A stretch of DNA of 32,000 bases. Source: Candidatus Electrothrix yaqonensis (lineage in GTDB: Bacteria > Desulfobacterota > Desulfobulbia > Desulfobulbales > Desulfobulbaceae). Shown here piece by piece: positions 8,801 to 17,021 of this stretch (positions are counted from its first letter, which is position 1; every line of letters starts with the position of its first letter). A model generated the notes under the pieces. That model had not been told where the DNA came from. It worked only from the letters and a program-made list of their open reading frames with translations, and searched no databases. The translations under genes and the position numbers were made by a program. The stretch is from contig CP178758.1 in the NCBI GenBank assembly GCA_047651235.1, positions 2,310,001 through 2,342,000 on the forward strand, in the 5' to 3' direction.

Positions 8801-8970
8801 TGTACCTTTGTTCAGAAGAACGAAGGTAAAGAAAAACAGCGGAGGACGAATAGTGAATCTGCGCAGAAGGAGAAACCGGTTATATCTGCACCCATATTTT
8901 TATTTATGCCAATATATTGATTTTAAACATGATAAATCTCTCAGAAACAGTCAGGTTGATATTTTTTTGC

Positions 8971-8999
8971 TTGCAAAGTTAGGTATGGCTAATTATATT
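8971..8999 (+). promoter_or_regulatory. Sigma70-type promoter candidate for the feo operon
   Basis: TTGCAA (8971-8976), a 17-nt spacer, then TATATT (8994-8999). It sits about 100 nt upstream of the first operon gene, in an AT-rich region with Fur-box-like half sites (TGATAAA at 8931-8937). Confidence 0.45.
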
Positions 9000-9097
9000 G
9001 AACTTACCTTAAAAGGGTGCATTTTCTGCTGTACGAATCAAAATCAGCGGATGAGCAGGCTGTCGCCCTCCTTATTCGTATTCACGGAGAAATAATT

Positions 9098-9277
9098 ATG
9101 CAGAATATTATAGTATTCTTTATTCTTCTTGCGGCCTGCCTGTATGTGGGCGGCAGACTGTTCAGGTCATTCCGTTCAGGAGCATCCTCCTGCAGCTGTT
9201 CAGGTTGCGACGCAGGCTGCTGCGGCAGTGCAGGGAGTTCATCCCGGAAGAAAGACCCAAAGGAGGGCGGACAATGA
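9098..9277 (+). CDS. FeoB-associated Cys-rich small membrane protein
   Basis: MQNIIVFFILLAACLYVGGRLF (one TM helix) followed by SSCSCSGCDAGCCGS. GGAGA lies 7 nt upstream. The stop overlaps the feoA ATG (ATGA). Confidence 0.75.
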   Translation: MQNIIVFFILLAACLYVGGRLFRSFRSGASSCSCSGCDAGCCGSAGSSSRKKDPKEGGQ

Positions 9278-9513
9278 ACCTGCGCAAATTGCAGAGCGGT
9301 GAATCCGGCGTTATTGCCGCTGTCAAAATTGGAGGTTCCCTTGGGCTGCGGATCAGGGAGATGGGGATTGTACCGGGCACCAAAATTACCGTGACAGGCC
9401 GTGCGCCGCTCTACGACCCGGTCAAGCTGCGCATCAATGGACAAACCCTGACTCTGCGCAACAGCGAAGCAGATTATATTGAAGTAAATACAGGAGAAGG
9501 AGCAGTAAAGTGA
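9274..9513 (+). CDS. feoA: Ferrous iron transport protein A
   Basis: MNLRKLQSGESGVIAAVKIGGSLGLRIREMGIVPGTKITVTGRAPLYDPVKLRINGQTLTLRNSEADYIEV. AGGAGGG RBS. 4-nt overlap with feoB (GTGA). Confidence 0.9.
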   Translation: MNLRKLQSGESGVIAAVKIGGSLGLRIREMGIVPGTKITVTGRAPLYDPVKLRINGQTLTLRNSEADYIEVNTGEGAVK

Positions 9514-11666
9514 ATGATTCAGAGTCACTTCATATAGCTCTTGCTGGCAATCCCAATGCCGGTAAAACCACTCTGTTCAATCATCTCACCGGGGCGCGTC
9601 AGCATGTGGGGAACTATCCCGGCGTGACGGTTGAGAAAAAAGAAGGGCTATATCTCCATGAAGAAGCGGAAATCAGGGTGGTTGATCTGCCCGGCACCTA
9701 TTCTCTGACCGCCTATTCCGTGGAAGAACTGGTTGCCCGCGATTACCTCGTGAATGAGCGGCCGGATGTGGTGGTCAATATTGTTGATGCCTCCAATCTG
9801 GAACGCAATCTGTATCTAACCTGCCAGTTTCTCGAACTGGGTGTGCCCTTGGTGATCGCCCTGAACATGATGGATGTCGCGGAAAAGCGGGGAATTCATA
9901 TTGATACGGAAAAGCTGAGCGAGCTGACTGGCGTTCCGGTTATCCCGATCATTGCCCGCAGCGGCAAAGGTGTGCCTGAGCTTCTGGAGGCTGTTCAGGC
10001 GGTCAGCCGTGCAGCTGCTCCTCCGCAGACTCTGCTCCGTTACGGTGCGGATATTGATCAGGTGCTCAGTGAGGTCATCCCGATCATCGAAAAGCATAAA
10101 CTTCTTGCCGACACCTATCCGGCCCGCTGGACCGCTTTGAAAATTCTGGAAAGCGACGAGCAGGTGGTTGCCAAAGTCATGCTGGAGGATATGACAGTCG
10201 GGCAGCAGCTTATCGACCGCAGCGAAGCCTTGGCCCGACATTTACAGGATACGCTTGAGGTCTATCCGGAAACAGTCATTGCTGATCACCGCTACGGTTT
10301 TATCCGTTCCATCCTCCGCCAGGGAGAGATAACCCGGATAACAGAGCAGGACCGGCTGTATGCCTCGGACCAGATCGACAAAGTCGTAACGCACAGGCTG
10401 GCCGGACCTTTGATTATGGCAGCGATCCTGTTCGGTCTGTACAGCTTTACCTTTAACTGGTCCGGTTTTCTGGTGGACTGGCTGGGTGCTCTGTTTGAGA
10501 TCCTCGGTGGACTGACCGAAGCCGTGCTGCCGGACGGACCAATCAAATCCATGATTATCTCCGGGGTGATTGACGGCGTGGGCGGAGTACTCGGGTTTGT
10601 CCCGATTATCATGTTCATGTTTTTCGGTATCGCGGTGCTGGAGGACTCCGGATATCTGGCCCGGGTGGCCTTTATGCTGGACAGGATCTTCCATTTTTTC
10701 GGGCTGCACGGCTCTTCGGTCATGCCCTTTATTATTTCCGGCGGTATTGCCGGCGGCTGCGCCGTGCCCGGTGTGCTGGCCGCCAGAACCCTGCGTTCGC
10801 CCAAGGAACGGATGGCCACGCTGCTGACCGTGCCCTTTATGAACTGCGGCGCTAAACTGCCGGTTCTGACCCTGATTATCGCTGCTTTTTTCCCGAATCA
10901 TCAGGCAAGGTACATGTTTCTGGCCACGGTTGTTGCCTGGCTGACGGCCCTGCTGGCCGCAAAGTTTCTGCGCATGACCGTGCTGAGGGGCGAATCCACC
11001 CCTTTTGTCATGGAGTTGCCTCCCTATCGCATTCCAACCTTCAAGGGGCTGTTTATCCATACCTGGGAGCGGACTTGGCAGTACATCAAAAAGGCAGGCA
11101 CTGTGATCCTCGGCATTTCTATTCTGCTCTGGGCCATGATGACCTATCCCGGTCTGCCCTCGGATAAGGTTGCTGAATTGGAAACCATGCGTCAGAATGC
11201 GGTTTCCCTTGCCGCAGACAACAAGGAACTTCACCAGGTTGACCAGATGGAGGCCGAAGCCGGACTGCGTTACTCTCTTGCTGGCCGGATCGGTATCGCC
11301 CTGGAGTCGCTCAGTCAGTATGCAGGGTTTGACTGGCGGACCAATATCGCTCTGGTGGGCGGCTTCGCAGCCAAGGAGGTCATCGTCTCCACCCTGGGCA
11401 CGGCCTATTCCCTCGGCGAGGTGGACCCGGAAGAGACAACCTCGTTAAAAGACAGGCTCGTCCGGGACAGACACTGGAATCCGGTATCGGCCCTGGCCTT
11501 TCTCTTCTTTATTATGTTCTACTCCCCCTGTTTTGTCACCGTAGTTGCCATTGCCAAAGAAGCCGGATCCTGGAAATGGGCTTTTTTTTCCATGGGATTC
11601 AATACGCTCTTTGCTTTCAGCATGGCGGTAGGAATCTTTCAGCTCGGCACCCTGTTAGGAACATAG
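9510..11666 (+). CDS. feoB: Ferrous iron transporter FeoB
   Basis: N-terminal G domain (IALAGNPNAGKTTLFN, DLPGTYSL, NMMD) followed by a polytopic membrane domain. 718 aa. Confidence 0.95.
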   Translation: MNDSESLHIALAGNPNAGKTTLFNHLTGARQHVGNYPGVTVEKKEGLYLHEEAEIRVVDLPGTYSLTAYSVEELVARDYLVNERPDVVVNIVDASNLERNLYLTCQFLELGVPLVIALNMMDVAEKRGIHIDTEKLSELTGVPVIPIIARSGKGVPELLEAVQAVSRAAAPPQTLLRYGADIDQVLSEVIPIIEKHKLLADTYPARWTALKILESDEQVVAKVMLEDMTVGQQLIDRSEALARHLQDTLEVYPETVIADHRYGFIRSILRQGEITRITEQDRLYASDQIDKVVTHRLAGPLIMAAILFGLYSFTFNWSGFLVDWLGALFEILGGLTEAVLPDGPIKSMIISGVIDGVGGVLGFVPIIMFMFFGIAVLEDSGYLARVAFMLDRIFHFFGLHGSSVMPFIISGGIAGGCAVPGVLAARTLRSPKERMATLLTVPFMNCGAKLPVLTLIIAAFFPNHQARYMFLATVVAWLTALLAAKFLRMTVLRGESTPFVMELPPYRIPTFKGLFIHTWERTWQYIKKAGTVILGISILLWAMMTYPGLPSDKVAELETMRQNAVSLAADNKELHQVDQMEAEAGLRYSLAGRIGIALESLSQYAGFDWRTNIALVGGFAAKEVIVSTLGTAYSLGEVDPEETTSLKDRLVRDRHWNPVSALAFLFFIMFYSPCFVTVVAIAKEAGSWKWAFFSMGFNTLFAFSMAVGIFQLGTLLGT

Positions 11667-11823
11667 TTACCCGCAGGACAGCATGGGGTGTTGCTTATAC
11701 AGGCCCCTCTTTTTTCTTGGTCTATCCGAGTAATCCCAGCTCGGCGGCCCGTAACGGTGCCGGGGGAGCGATGAGCATCTGCCGTCGGATGTCCCTAACC
11801 GCAGCTGCAACAGACAGGCATGA

Positions 11824-13251
11824 TCAGATTGCCACAACCTCCTTAACCTCTTCCCCAAAGGCATGAATCTGGGCCATGATACCGTTCATGGTAAAACGAC
11901 CCATGTCAATAGCCATGGTCGGACAGCGGGCAGCACAGACACCGCAACCCTTGCAGGAGGCGGTGATAGTGCGGGCCTTGCGTTTGCCGTTGTCATCCTT
12001 ATAGATATTAATGGCCTTGTACGGACAGAAGCTCTCGCAGGCCCCGCAGCCGATGCATTGCTCCGCATCGATCTGAGAGACAATGGGTGCAGGTGTTACT
12101 GAGCCCTTAGCCAGGGGATGACAGGCCCGCCCTGCTGCAGCCTGCGCCTGAGACACGGTTTCATCCATCGAACGTGGTGAATGGGCCAGGCCGCAGACAT
12201 AGGTACCGTCCACCGGCAGATCCACTGGCTGAAGCTTGACATGGGCCTCCAGAAAAAACTTCTCTGCTGTGACCGGCACCTTGAGCATTTTGGCTAATGC
12301 AGTCGGATCTTCCGGCACAATGCCGGTGGATAAAGCGAGTAAATCAGCCTCCACCTCCAGCTCCTCGCCGAGCAGCGGGTCAAAGTAGCGCACTGTAACT
12401 GTATCCCCTTTCACGCTGACCACCGGTTTGCGCTCCAGGCTGTAGCGGGTGAAGATCACGCCGAGCTGGCGCGCCTTGCGGTAGTCGTCCTCCATGAAGC
12501 CGTAGGAACGCATGTCACGGTAGAGGACGATGATCTGCATTTCCGGCTGCAGGGCCTTGAGGCGCAGAGCGTTCTTCAAAGCCTGTCCACAGCAGACCCG
12601 GCTGCAATAGGTCAGGTCTTCGTCACGGGAGCCGACACATTGAATCATCACTGCCTGCCGGGCTACCTTCAGGCTGTCCTGTTCCTCGACCAAGCGCTGC
12701 TCCAGCTCAAGCTGAGTGACGATCTTCGGCGACTGGCCGTAGCAATACTGGGTCGGTTGATACGGATTACCGCCCGTAGCCAGAACCGTCACCCCGTGAT
12801 GAACCAGCTCACTTGCCCCTTTGCCCTCCACCGTGGTGGTGAAGTTGCCCACATAACCAGAACAGGCTGTTACCTGAGCCTCGGTATGGATAGTGATTTT
12901 CGGATGAGAGTTCACTCGCTCGATCACCGCCTGCACGGCCTGTCGAGGATCATTACCGTGCCGGTCCGCAGTGAGCAGCATGGCCTTGCCGCCGAGCTGC
13001 GTTCCCCGCTCAATCAGAGCGACATCAAAGCCCTGATCAGCAATAGCCAGCGCAGCGGTCATGCCTGCCAGGCCGCCGCCGATCACCAGGGCCGCCGGGG
13101 TAACCGGGAGCTGCATCTCCTCCAGCGCGGTCAGGTGACAAGCCTTAGCAACCGCCATCCGCACTGCATCCTTGGCCTTCTGTGTGGCCCGCTCCGGCTC
13201 ATGTATATATATGTACCCAAGAGCACTGGTCACGGATATTGGCCATCTCAA
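11824..13251 (-). CDS. hdrA: Tandem HdrA-like flavoprotein, 3' portion (remainder of HdrA unit 2). True continuation begins at about 13203, not at the ATG at 13251.
   Basis: HEPERATQKAKDAVRMAVAKA...ALVIGGGLAGMTAALAIADQG...CSRVCCGQA...CIGCGACESFCP/CKGCGVCAARCP. HEPERATQKAKD normally follows CSWVH directly in HdrA. Confidence 0.9.
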   Translation of the reverse strand: MRWPISVTSALGYIYIHEPERATQKAKDAVRMAVAKACHLTALEEMQLPVTPAALVIGGGLAGMTAALAIADQGFDVALIERGTQLGGKAMLLTADRHGNDPRQAVQAVIERVNSHPKITIHTEAQVTACSGYVGNFTTTVEGKGASELVHHGVTVLATGGNPYQPTQYCYGQSPKIVTQLELEQRLVEEQDSLKVARQAVMIQCVGSRDEDLTYCSRVCCGQALKNALRLKALQPEMQIIVLYRDMRSYGFMEDDYRKARQLGVIFTRYSLERKPVVSVKGDTVTVRYFDPLLGEELEVEADLLALSTGIVPEDPTALAKMLKVPVTAEKFFLEAHVKLQPVDLPVDGTYVCGLAHSPRSMDETVSQAQAAAGRACHPLAKGSVTPAPIVSQIDAEQCIGCGACESFCPYKAINIYKDDNGKRKARTITASCKGCGVCAARCPTMAIDMGRFTMNGIMAQIHAFGEEVKEVVAI

Positions 13252-14896
13252 AGAGCGAACGATTCAGCCCGGCCTCGCGCAGGGTGGCCTGAAAAAGCGG
13301 CTCATGGGTACGCGGGGTGCAGGCCGCCACCACCAGCCGGTTGAGCTTGTGCTCCTGAATGGTCTCGGTCAGCACCCTTTGCGCATCCTGCGAACAGGAA
13401 TACATGTTGGCCGAGGAGTATGCCACATTGGGCAGGGTCTTGGCATACTCAGCCACTGCCGGTACATTGACCACGCCGCCGATATTGATGCCGCAATGAC
13501 AGACAAATACGCCGATCCTCGGCTCTTCCTGACTGATTTCGCGCTCGTCCGGGAAGACCGCCTTGACTGTTTCGCTGCTTCGGGCCGGGGCAAGCTGACC
13601 CGCACAAAGAGCTGCCGCCCAGCCGCCTTGAGTAACGGAATCAGGAATATCCTTGGGCCCCTGAAAGGCACCAATCACGTAAACACCCGGCCTGATGGTT
13701 TCCAGTGGAGTATAGGTATCGGTCTCGGCAAAGAGGTACTCGTTCAGGTCGATGCCCGCAGCCTGAGCCAGCTTGTCCGCTTCCTCCGGTGCCTCAAGCC
13801 CCTGGGAGAGCACCACCATATCGAATTTCTCATAATGATGCTTGCCGTCTTCTGTGGCCCAGGTCAGGAGCAGACCACCGCCAAAGACATCCTCCACTCG
13901 GGGCGGACGGGCATAGATCACTCGGAAATTCCCTTCCTCAACTGCCCGCTGACGTGCTGCATCAAAGCCCTTACCATGAGTACGCACATCCATATAAAAG
14001 AGGGTGATCTCACAGTCTGGATCATGCTCACGGGCCAAGGTGGCCTGCTTGATAGCGTACATGCAGCAGACCGAGGAGCAGTAATTATTACCACAGGTCT
14101 CGTCACGGGAGCCGATGCATTGAAGAAAGGCTATTTTCTTGGGGTGCTTGCGGTCAGAAATACGCAGAATCTCGCCGCCGGTGGGGCCGGAGGCGCACAT
14201 CAACCGCTCATGCTCAAAGGCCGTGACCACATCCTGGAATTTACCCAGACCGTACTTGGCCATGACCTCATCACTCACCCGACCAAATCCCGGAGCAAGG
14301 ATCACCGCTCCAACGGAAATCTCCAGTTCCTTCTCTGTATCGTCAAAACGAATCGCCCCGGCCTGACAGGCCACTGCGCAGAGACCGCAGGAATCGTGAT
14401 TCAGCTTGAGGCAGGCTTTGGCATCAATATAATAGGAGGTCGGCACGGCCTGGGAATAGTCAATATGCGCGGCATGATTAATCTCCATATTTTCATTGAA
14501 ATCGTTGCCGATCTGCTTCAGGCAGTAGAGCGTACACTGGCCACAGCCGGTGCAGACCTCTTCATCAATATAGCGCGGTTGTTTTTTGATGGTAGCCGTG
14601 AAATTACCCGGCGCTCCTTGCAGATCAACCAGCTCGGCCAGGGTGAGGATTTCTATATTCGGATCGCGGCCCGCCTCAACCAGCTTGGGTGCGAGGATGC
14701 AGAGAGAACAGTCGTTGGTGGGAAAGGTCTTGTCCAGGCGGGCCATGACTCCGCCGATGGCCCCGGATTTCTCAATCAGATAGACTTTATAGCCCAGTTC
14801 AGTGAGATCAAGGGCTGTCTGGACACCGGCCACGCCACCGCCGATCACCATGACGGCCCCGTTGATCTTGTCGGCTGTTTTCGCAATTACGGTCAT
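13199..14896 (-). CDS. hdrA: Tandem HdrA-like flavoprotein, 5' portion: HdrA unit 1 plus the N-terminal Cys domain of unit 2. It ends at a frameshift.
   Basis: VMVIGGGVAGVQTALDL..LDKTFPTNDCSLCILAPK, CTGCGQC/CGLCAVAC ferredoxin insert, SSVCCMYA, then IGVFVCHCGINIGGVV...FEMANIRDQCSWVH. Start taken at the ATG at 14896 (AAGGAG 6 nt upstream) rather than 14923. Confidence 0.9.
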   Translation of the reverse strand: MTVIAKTADKINGAVMVIGGGVAGVQTALDLTELGYKVYLIEKSGAIGGVMARLDKTFPTNDCSLCILAPKLVEAGRDPNIEILTLAELVDLQGAPGNFTATIKKQPRYIDEEVCTGCGQCTLYCLKQIGNDFNENMEINHAAHIDYSQAVPTSYYIDAKACLKLNHDSCGLCAVACQAGAIRFDDTEKELEISVGAVILAPGFGRVSDEVMAKYGLGKFQDVVTAFEHERLMCASGPTGGEILRISDRKHPKKIAFLQCIGSRDETCGNNYCSSVCCMYAIKQATLAREHDPDCEITLFYMDVRTHGKGFDAARQRAVEEGNFRVIYARPPRVEDVFGGGLLLTWATEDGKHHYEKFDMVVLSQGLEAPEEADKLAQAAGIDLNEYLFAETDTYTPLETIRPGVYVIGAFQGPKDIPDSVTQGGWAAALCAGQLAPARSSETVKAVFPDEREISQEEPRIGVFVCHCGINIGGVVNVPAVAEYAKTLPNVAYSSANMYSCSQDAQRVLTETIQEHKLNRLVVAACTPRTHEPLFQATLREAGLNRSLFEMANIRDQCSWVHIYT

Positions 14897-15160
14897 GAAG
14901 AGCTCCTTCGTACGTATCGGCACAGTTCCCTTGCCATGACCAGGACGTAGTTACCCTGTGCATGGTGAGGCCATCATGCCGAAGAAATGAAATTGCTCAG
15001 ACGGCCCTTGTCCGTCTGATCTGTCGTAGAAGGATACGTCGATCGAACAGGTCGAAAAAGATCAGGAGAGGAGGCAAGCCGCTGAGCTTATTTGCCGACC
15101 CAGACCGGGTCGGATGCCGTTACGGCAGCTTCATGTGTAATGATGGGTCTTTAACATGGA
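14897..15160 (-). promoter_or_regulatory. hdrA leader/promoter region, paralogous to the mvhD leader, with two conserved hairpins
   Basis: Hairpins at 15095-15113 (CCGACCC/GGGTCGG) and 14997-15019 (CAGACGG/CCGTCTG). The blocks ATCATTAC..CACATG, AGCGGCT and CTCCTCT are shared with 24207-24470. Confidence 0.5.
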
Positions 15161-15304
15161 CTATCTCTGATAGGGAATAGATAAAAGTGAATGATACGCC
15201 ATCTTGCAACTATCTGATCTTTAGTCATCCTTGAAATAACTTAAATCCAACATTTCAGGCTGAATCTAAGTGGTAAAACAGGGCATCTACAAACGCAGCT
15301 TCAG

Positions 15305-15318
15305 GCGGTCAGGTTGAC
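15305..15318. repeat. 14-bp motif GCGGTCAGGTTGAC, copy 1
   Basis: Identical 14-mer at 17001-17014. Each copy lies 7-8 nt 3' of the stop codon of an unrelated minus-strand ORF. AGCTTC occurs a little further downstream in both. Confidence 0.6.
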
Positions 15319-15326
15319 AGAGAGTC

Positions 15327-16478
15327 CTAAAATGATGCTTCCCTGATCAATTTACGGTAACATCTTTCGCGTAAGATATGGCAAGCGCGACGAGGAATTT
15401 CGTGCCACGGATGTTTTTGATACTCGGCCTCAAGTTCGGAGTAATCTGGATTTGTTGCCAAGTAGAGTTCTATATGTCGCAATTTCTCGACTGCCTCTTC
15501 AGATTGAGCTATCACTCCAAGCACCGAGAGTTCATGCTCAATTAAGAGCGGGAATAGAATAGAGGCAAAAGCAAGATGATAGAATTCCGACCACATGAAC
15601 CGCGATGTGTTGGTTCGTTTCACTCCATGAGCTGACACCCCCCGCATATCACAAAACTCCTTTGCCCAGCATTCTATAAGGCGGGCCGACTTAGAACGCT
15701 TTGCATGCCAAGCTGCTTCATATTCAGTATGCTCAATATCAGGTGCCTTTACCGCCTCAAGCTTCGCCTTGATAGCGCGACAGAAGTTGCCGCTGTGCTG
15801 ATCAATTTTGAATAGTCGTTCAAAAGCCGACTTTATCATTATTAACTCGACATGTTCTGGAACGTTAGGAGAGTCGGTGTTTGCCAAAACAAACTCTTCA
15901 ATGGCTTCTATGATGTTATCTGGAATTTCCGGTGTCAACAAGGCATCCAACAGCCTTGCATCTACATTTAGATTATGATGGGAACTTACGTGGTACGGTC
16001 GAGTGAAAGTAAATTTCCTGGACGACCACACATGACTGGCTCCCCCGTCTCGCCTACGTGTTGCAAAAGCGAAATGTCCTGTGGAGCCTTCTTGATACTT
16101 CTGTACGACTAGCGAGTAGGTGTCGTAGTTGCAATAATTGAAGCTCTGCGAGAATAACGGACGGCACGCTAAAGCTGAAAACCCGATTAGCGATCTGATC
16201 TTAAATAGGGCCTTGACGACTGATGTCGGGTCTTGCCCTGTATACCAGTCGTCGATTTCAATGAGAGTTGCACTATATATTAAATGATCAGCGTGATCCG
16301 CATATGCGGCCATCACCCCGTCTATATCTGAAAGGCTTGCATATGGCAGGTTGTCTGGAAATTTCCCCCTGCTCCATGGTATTAGGCGAAGACGACCGAT
16401 TTCGGTACGTTCGTGCAATGGTACCCACGGCAGAAAGGCAAGACCCTTAATTGTATTTTCTCGGCAATCTTCGGACAT
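15327..16478 (-). CDS. Uncharacterised 383-aa protein with a C-terminal Rx4H (HEPN-like) motif; candidate RNase/abortive-infection-type effector
   Basis: Long uninterrupted ORF in AT-richer DNA. WAKEFCDMRGVSAHGVKR contains R279-x4-H284 followed by G (15627-15644), the hRxxxAHG form common in HEPN domains. No other family recognised. No obvious SD. Confidence 0.6.
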   Translation of the reverse strand: MSEDCRENTIKGLAFLPWVPLHERTEIGRLRLIPWSRGKFPDNLPYASLSDIDGVMAAYADHADHLIYSATLIEIDDWYTGQDPTSVVKALFKIRSLIGFSALACRPLFSQSFNYCNYDTYSLVVQKYQEGSTGHFAFATRRRDGGASHVWSSRKFTFTRPYHVSSHHNLNVDARLLDALLTPEIPDNIIEAIEEFVLANTDSPNVPEHVELIMIKSAFERLFKIDQHSGNFCRAIKAKLEAVKAPDIEHTEYEAAWHAKRSKSARLIECWAKEFCDMRGVSAHGVKRTNTSRFMWSEFYHLAFASILFPLLIEHELSVLGVIAQSEEAVEKLRHIELYLATNPDYSELEAEYQKHPWHEIPRRACHILRERCYRKLIREASF

Positions 16479-16565
16479 TTATCAAGGAATGTTAATAAGG
16501 GTTAACCTGAAACGTCTATTCATCCAATTAAGGAAAGCGGACAGCTCCATCCGTCAAACAATAGG

Positions 16566-16814
16566 TCAAGCAGAGATACAAGCGGCCAATGCCGCTCCAA
16601 AGGCCCCGATGATGTCAGGAAAATCAGGCACCAGCACTCGGCGATTGTTCTTGCCAAGATCACGAATATTAAAGGTCGCAAGCAACAGGTTGTCGTCTGC
16701 GTCTTTATTCGGAACTGTCCGGTCTAACTGAGCACGTAGACGGATCAAATTGTCCACGGCTCTTTTGCGGTCATCTTTCTTGCGAATTTTATAGGTAAGC
16801 TGACTGTAGTACAT
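16566..16814 (-). pseudogene. N-terminal fragment of an endonuclease/exonuclease/phosphatase (EEP) family gene
   Basis: ...NLLLATFNIRDLGKNNRR is the first EEP catalytic strand motif (h.h.t.N). The ORF ends after 82 aa with no further EEP motifs in any frame. Confidence 0.45.
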
Positions 16815-17000
16815 GGGAATCCCTCAAATGAATGATATGGACTTCTCAATATCCGTGATCTTGTTGATTGCCTCTTGCACTTCGGGTAAAAGAACGCTGT
16901 CTTCTGCTAAGGTACCGTTGTAGTCGCAGACAATGATGGCAAGCGTTAGGGTGCCGAAACAAGGGATAGTTATTGTTTATACAAGCTTCCTGTGGAGCAT

Positions 17001-17014
17001 GCGGTCAGGTTGAC
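17001..17014. repeat. 14-bp motif GCGGTCAGGTTGAC, copy 2
   Basis: Identical to 15305-15318. Lies 7 nt beyond the stop (17022-17024) of the 111-aa ORF. Confidence 0.6.
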
Positions 17015-17021
17015 TCGCTTG

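Noticed and set aside
9816-11234. Antisense ORFs inside feoB (141, 330 and 175 aa)
   Set aside because: Low-complexity Gly/Pro/His/Gln-rich translations opposite a well-supported FeoB frame.
13199-13219. Programmed +1 frameshift at TAT ACA TGA in hdrA (prfB-like)
   Set aside because: No upstream SD-like stimulator at the right spacing and no precedent known to me. A dinucleotide-repeat indel is simpler. It remains open pending read data.
13172-14950. 592-aa plus-strand ORF (and 12640-13344) opposite hdrA
   Set aside because: This is a shadow ORF of a GC-rich gene. The minus-strand product carries unmistakable HdrA motifs and the plus-strand product has none.
14897-15160. Calling the conserved leaders a Moco (molybdenum cofactor) riboswitch or a sigma54 promoter
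   Set aside because: I could not recognise the Moco motif core from memory with confidence. No TGGCAC-N5-TTGC with correct GG-N10-GC spacing is present. The leaders are left as an unclassified conserved element.
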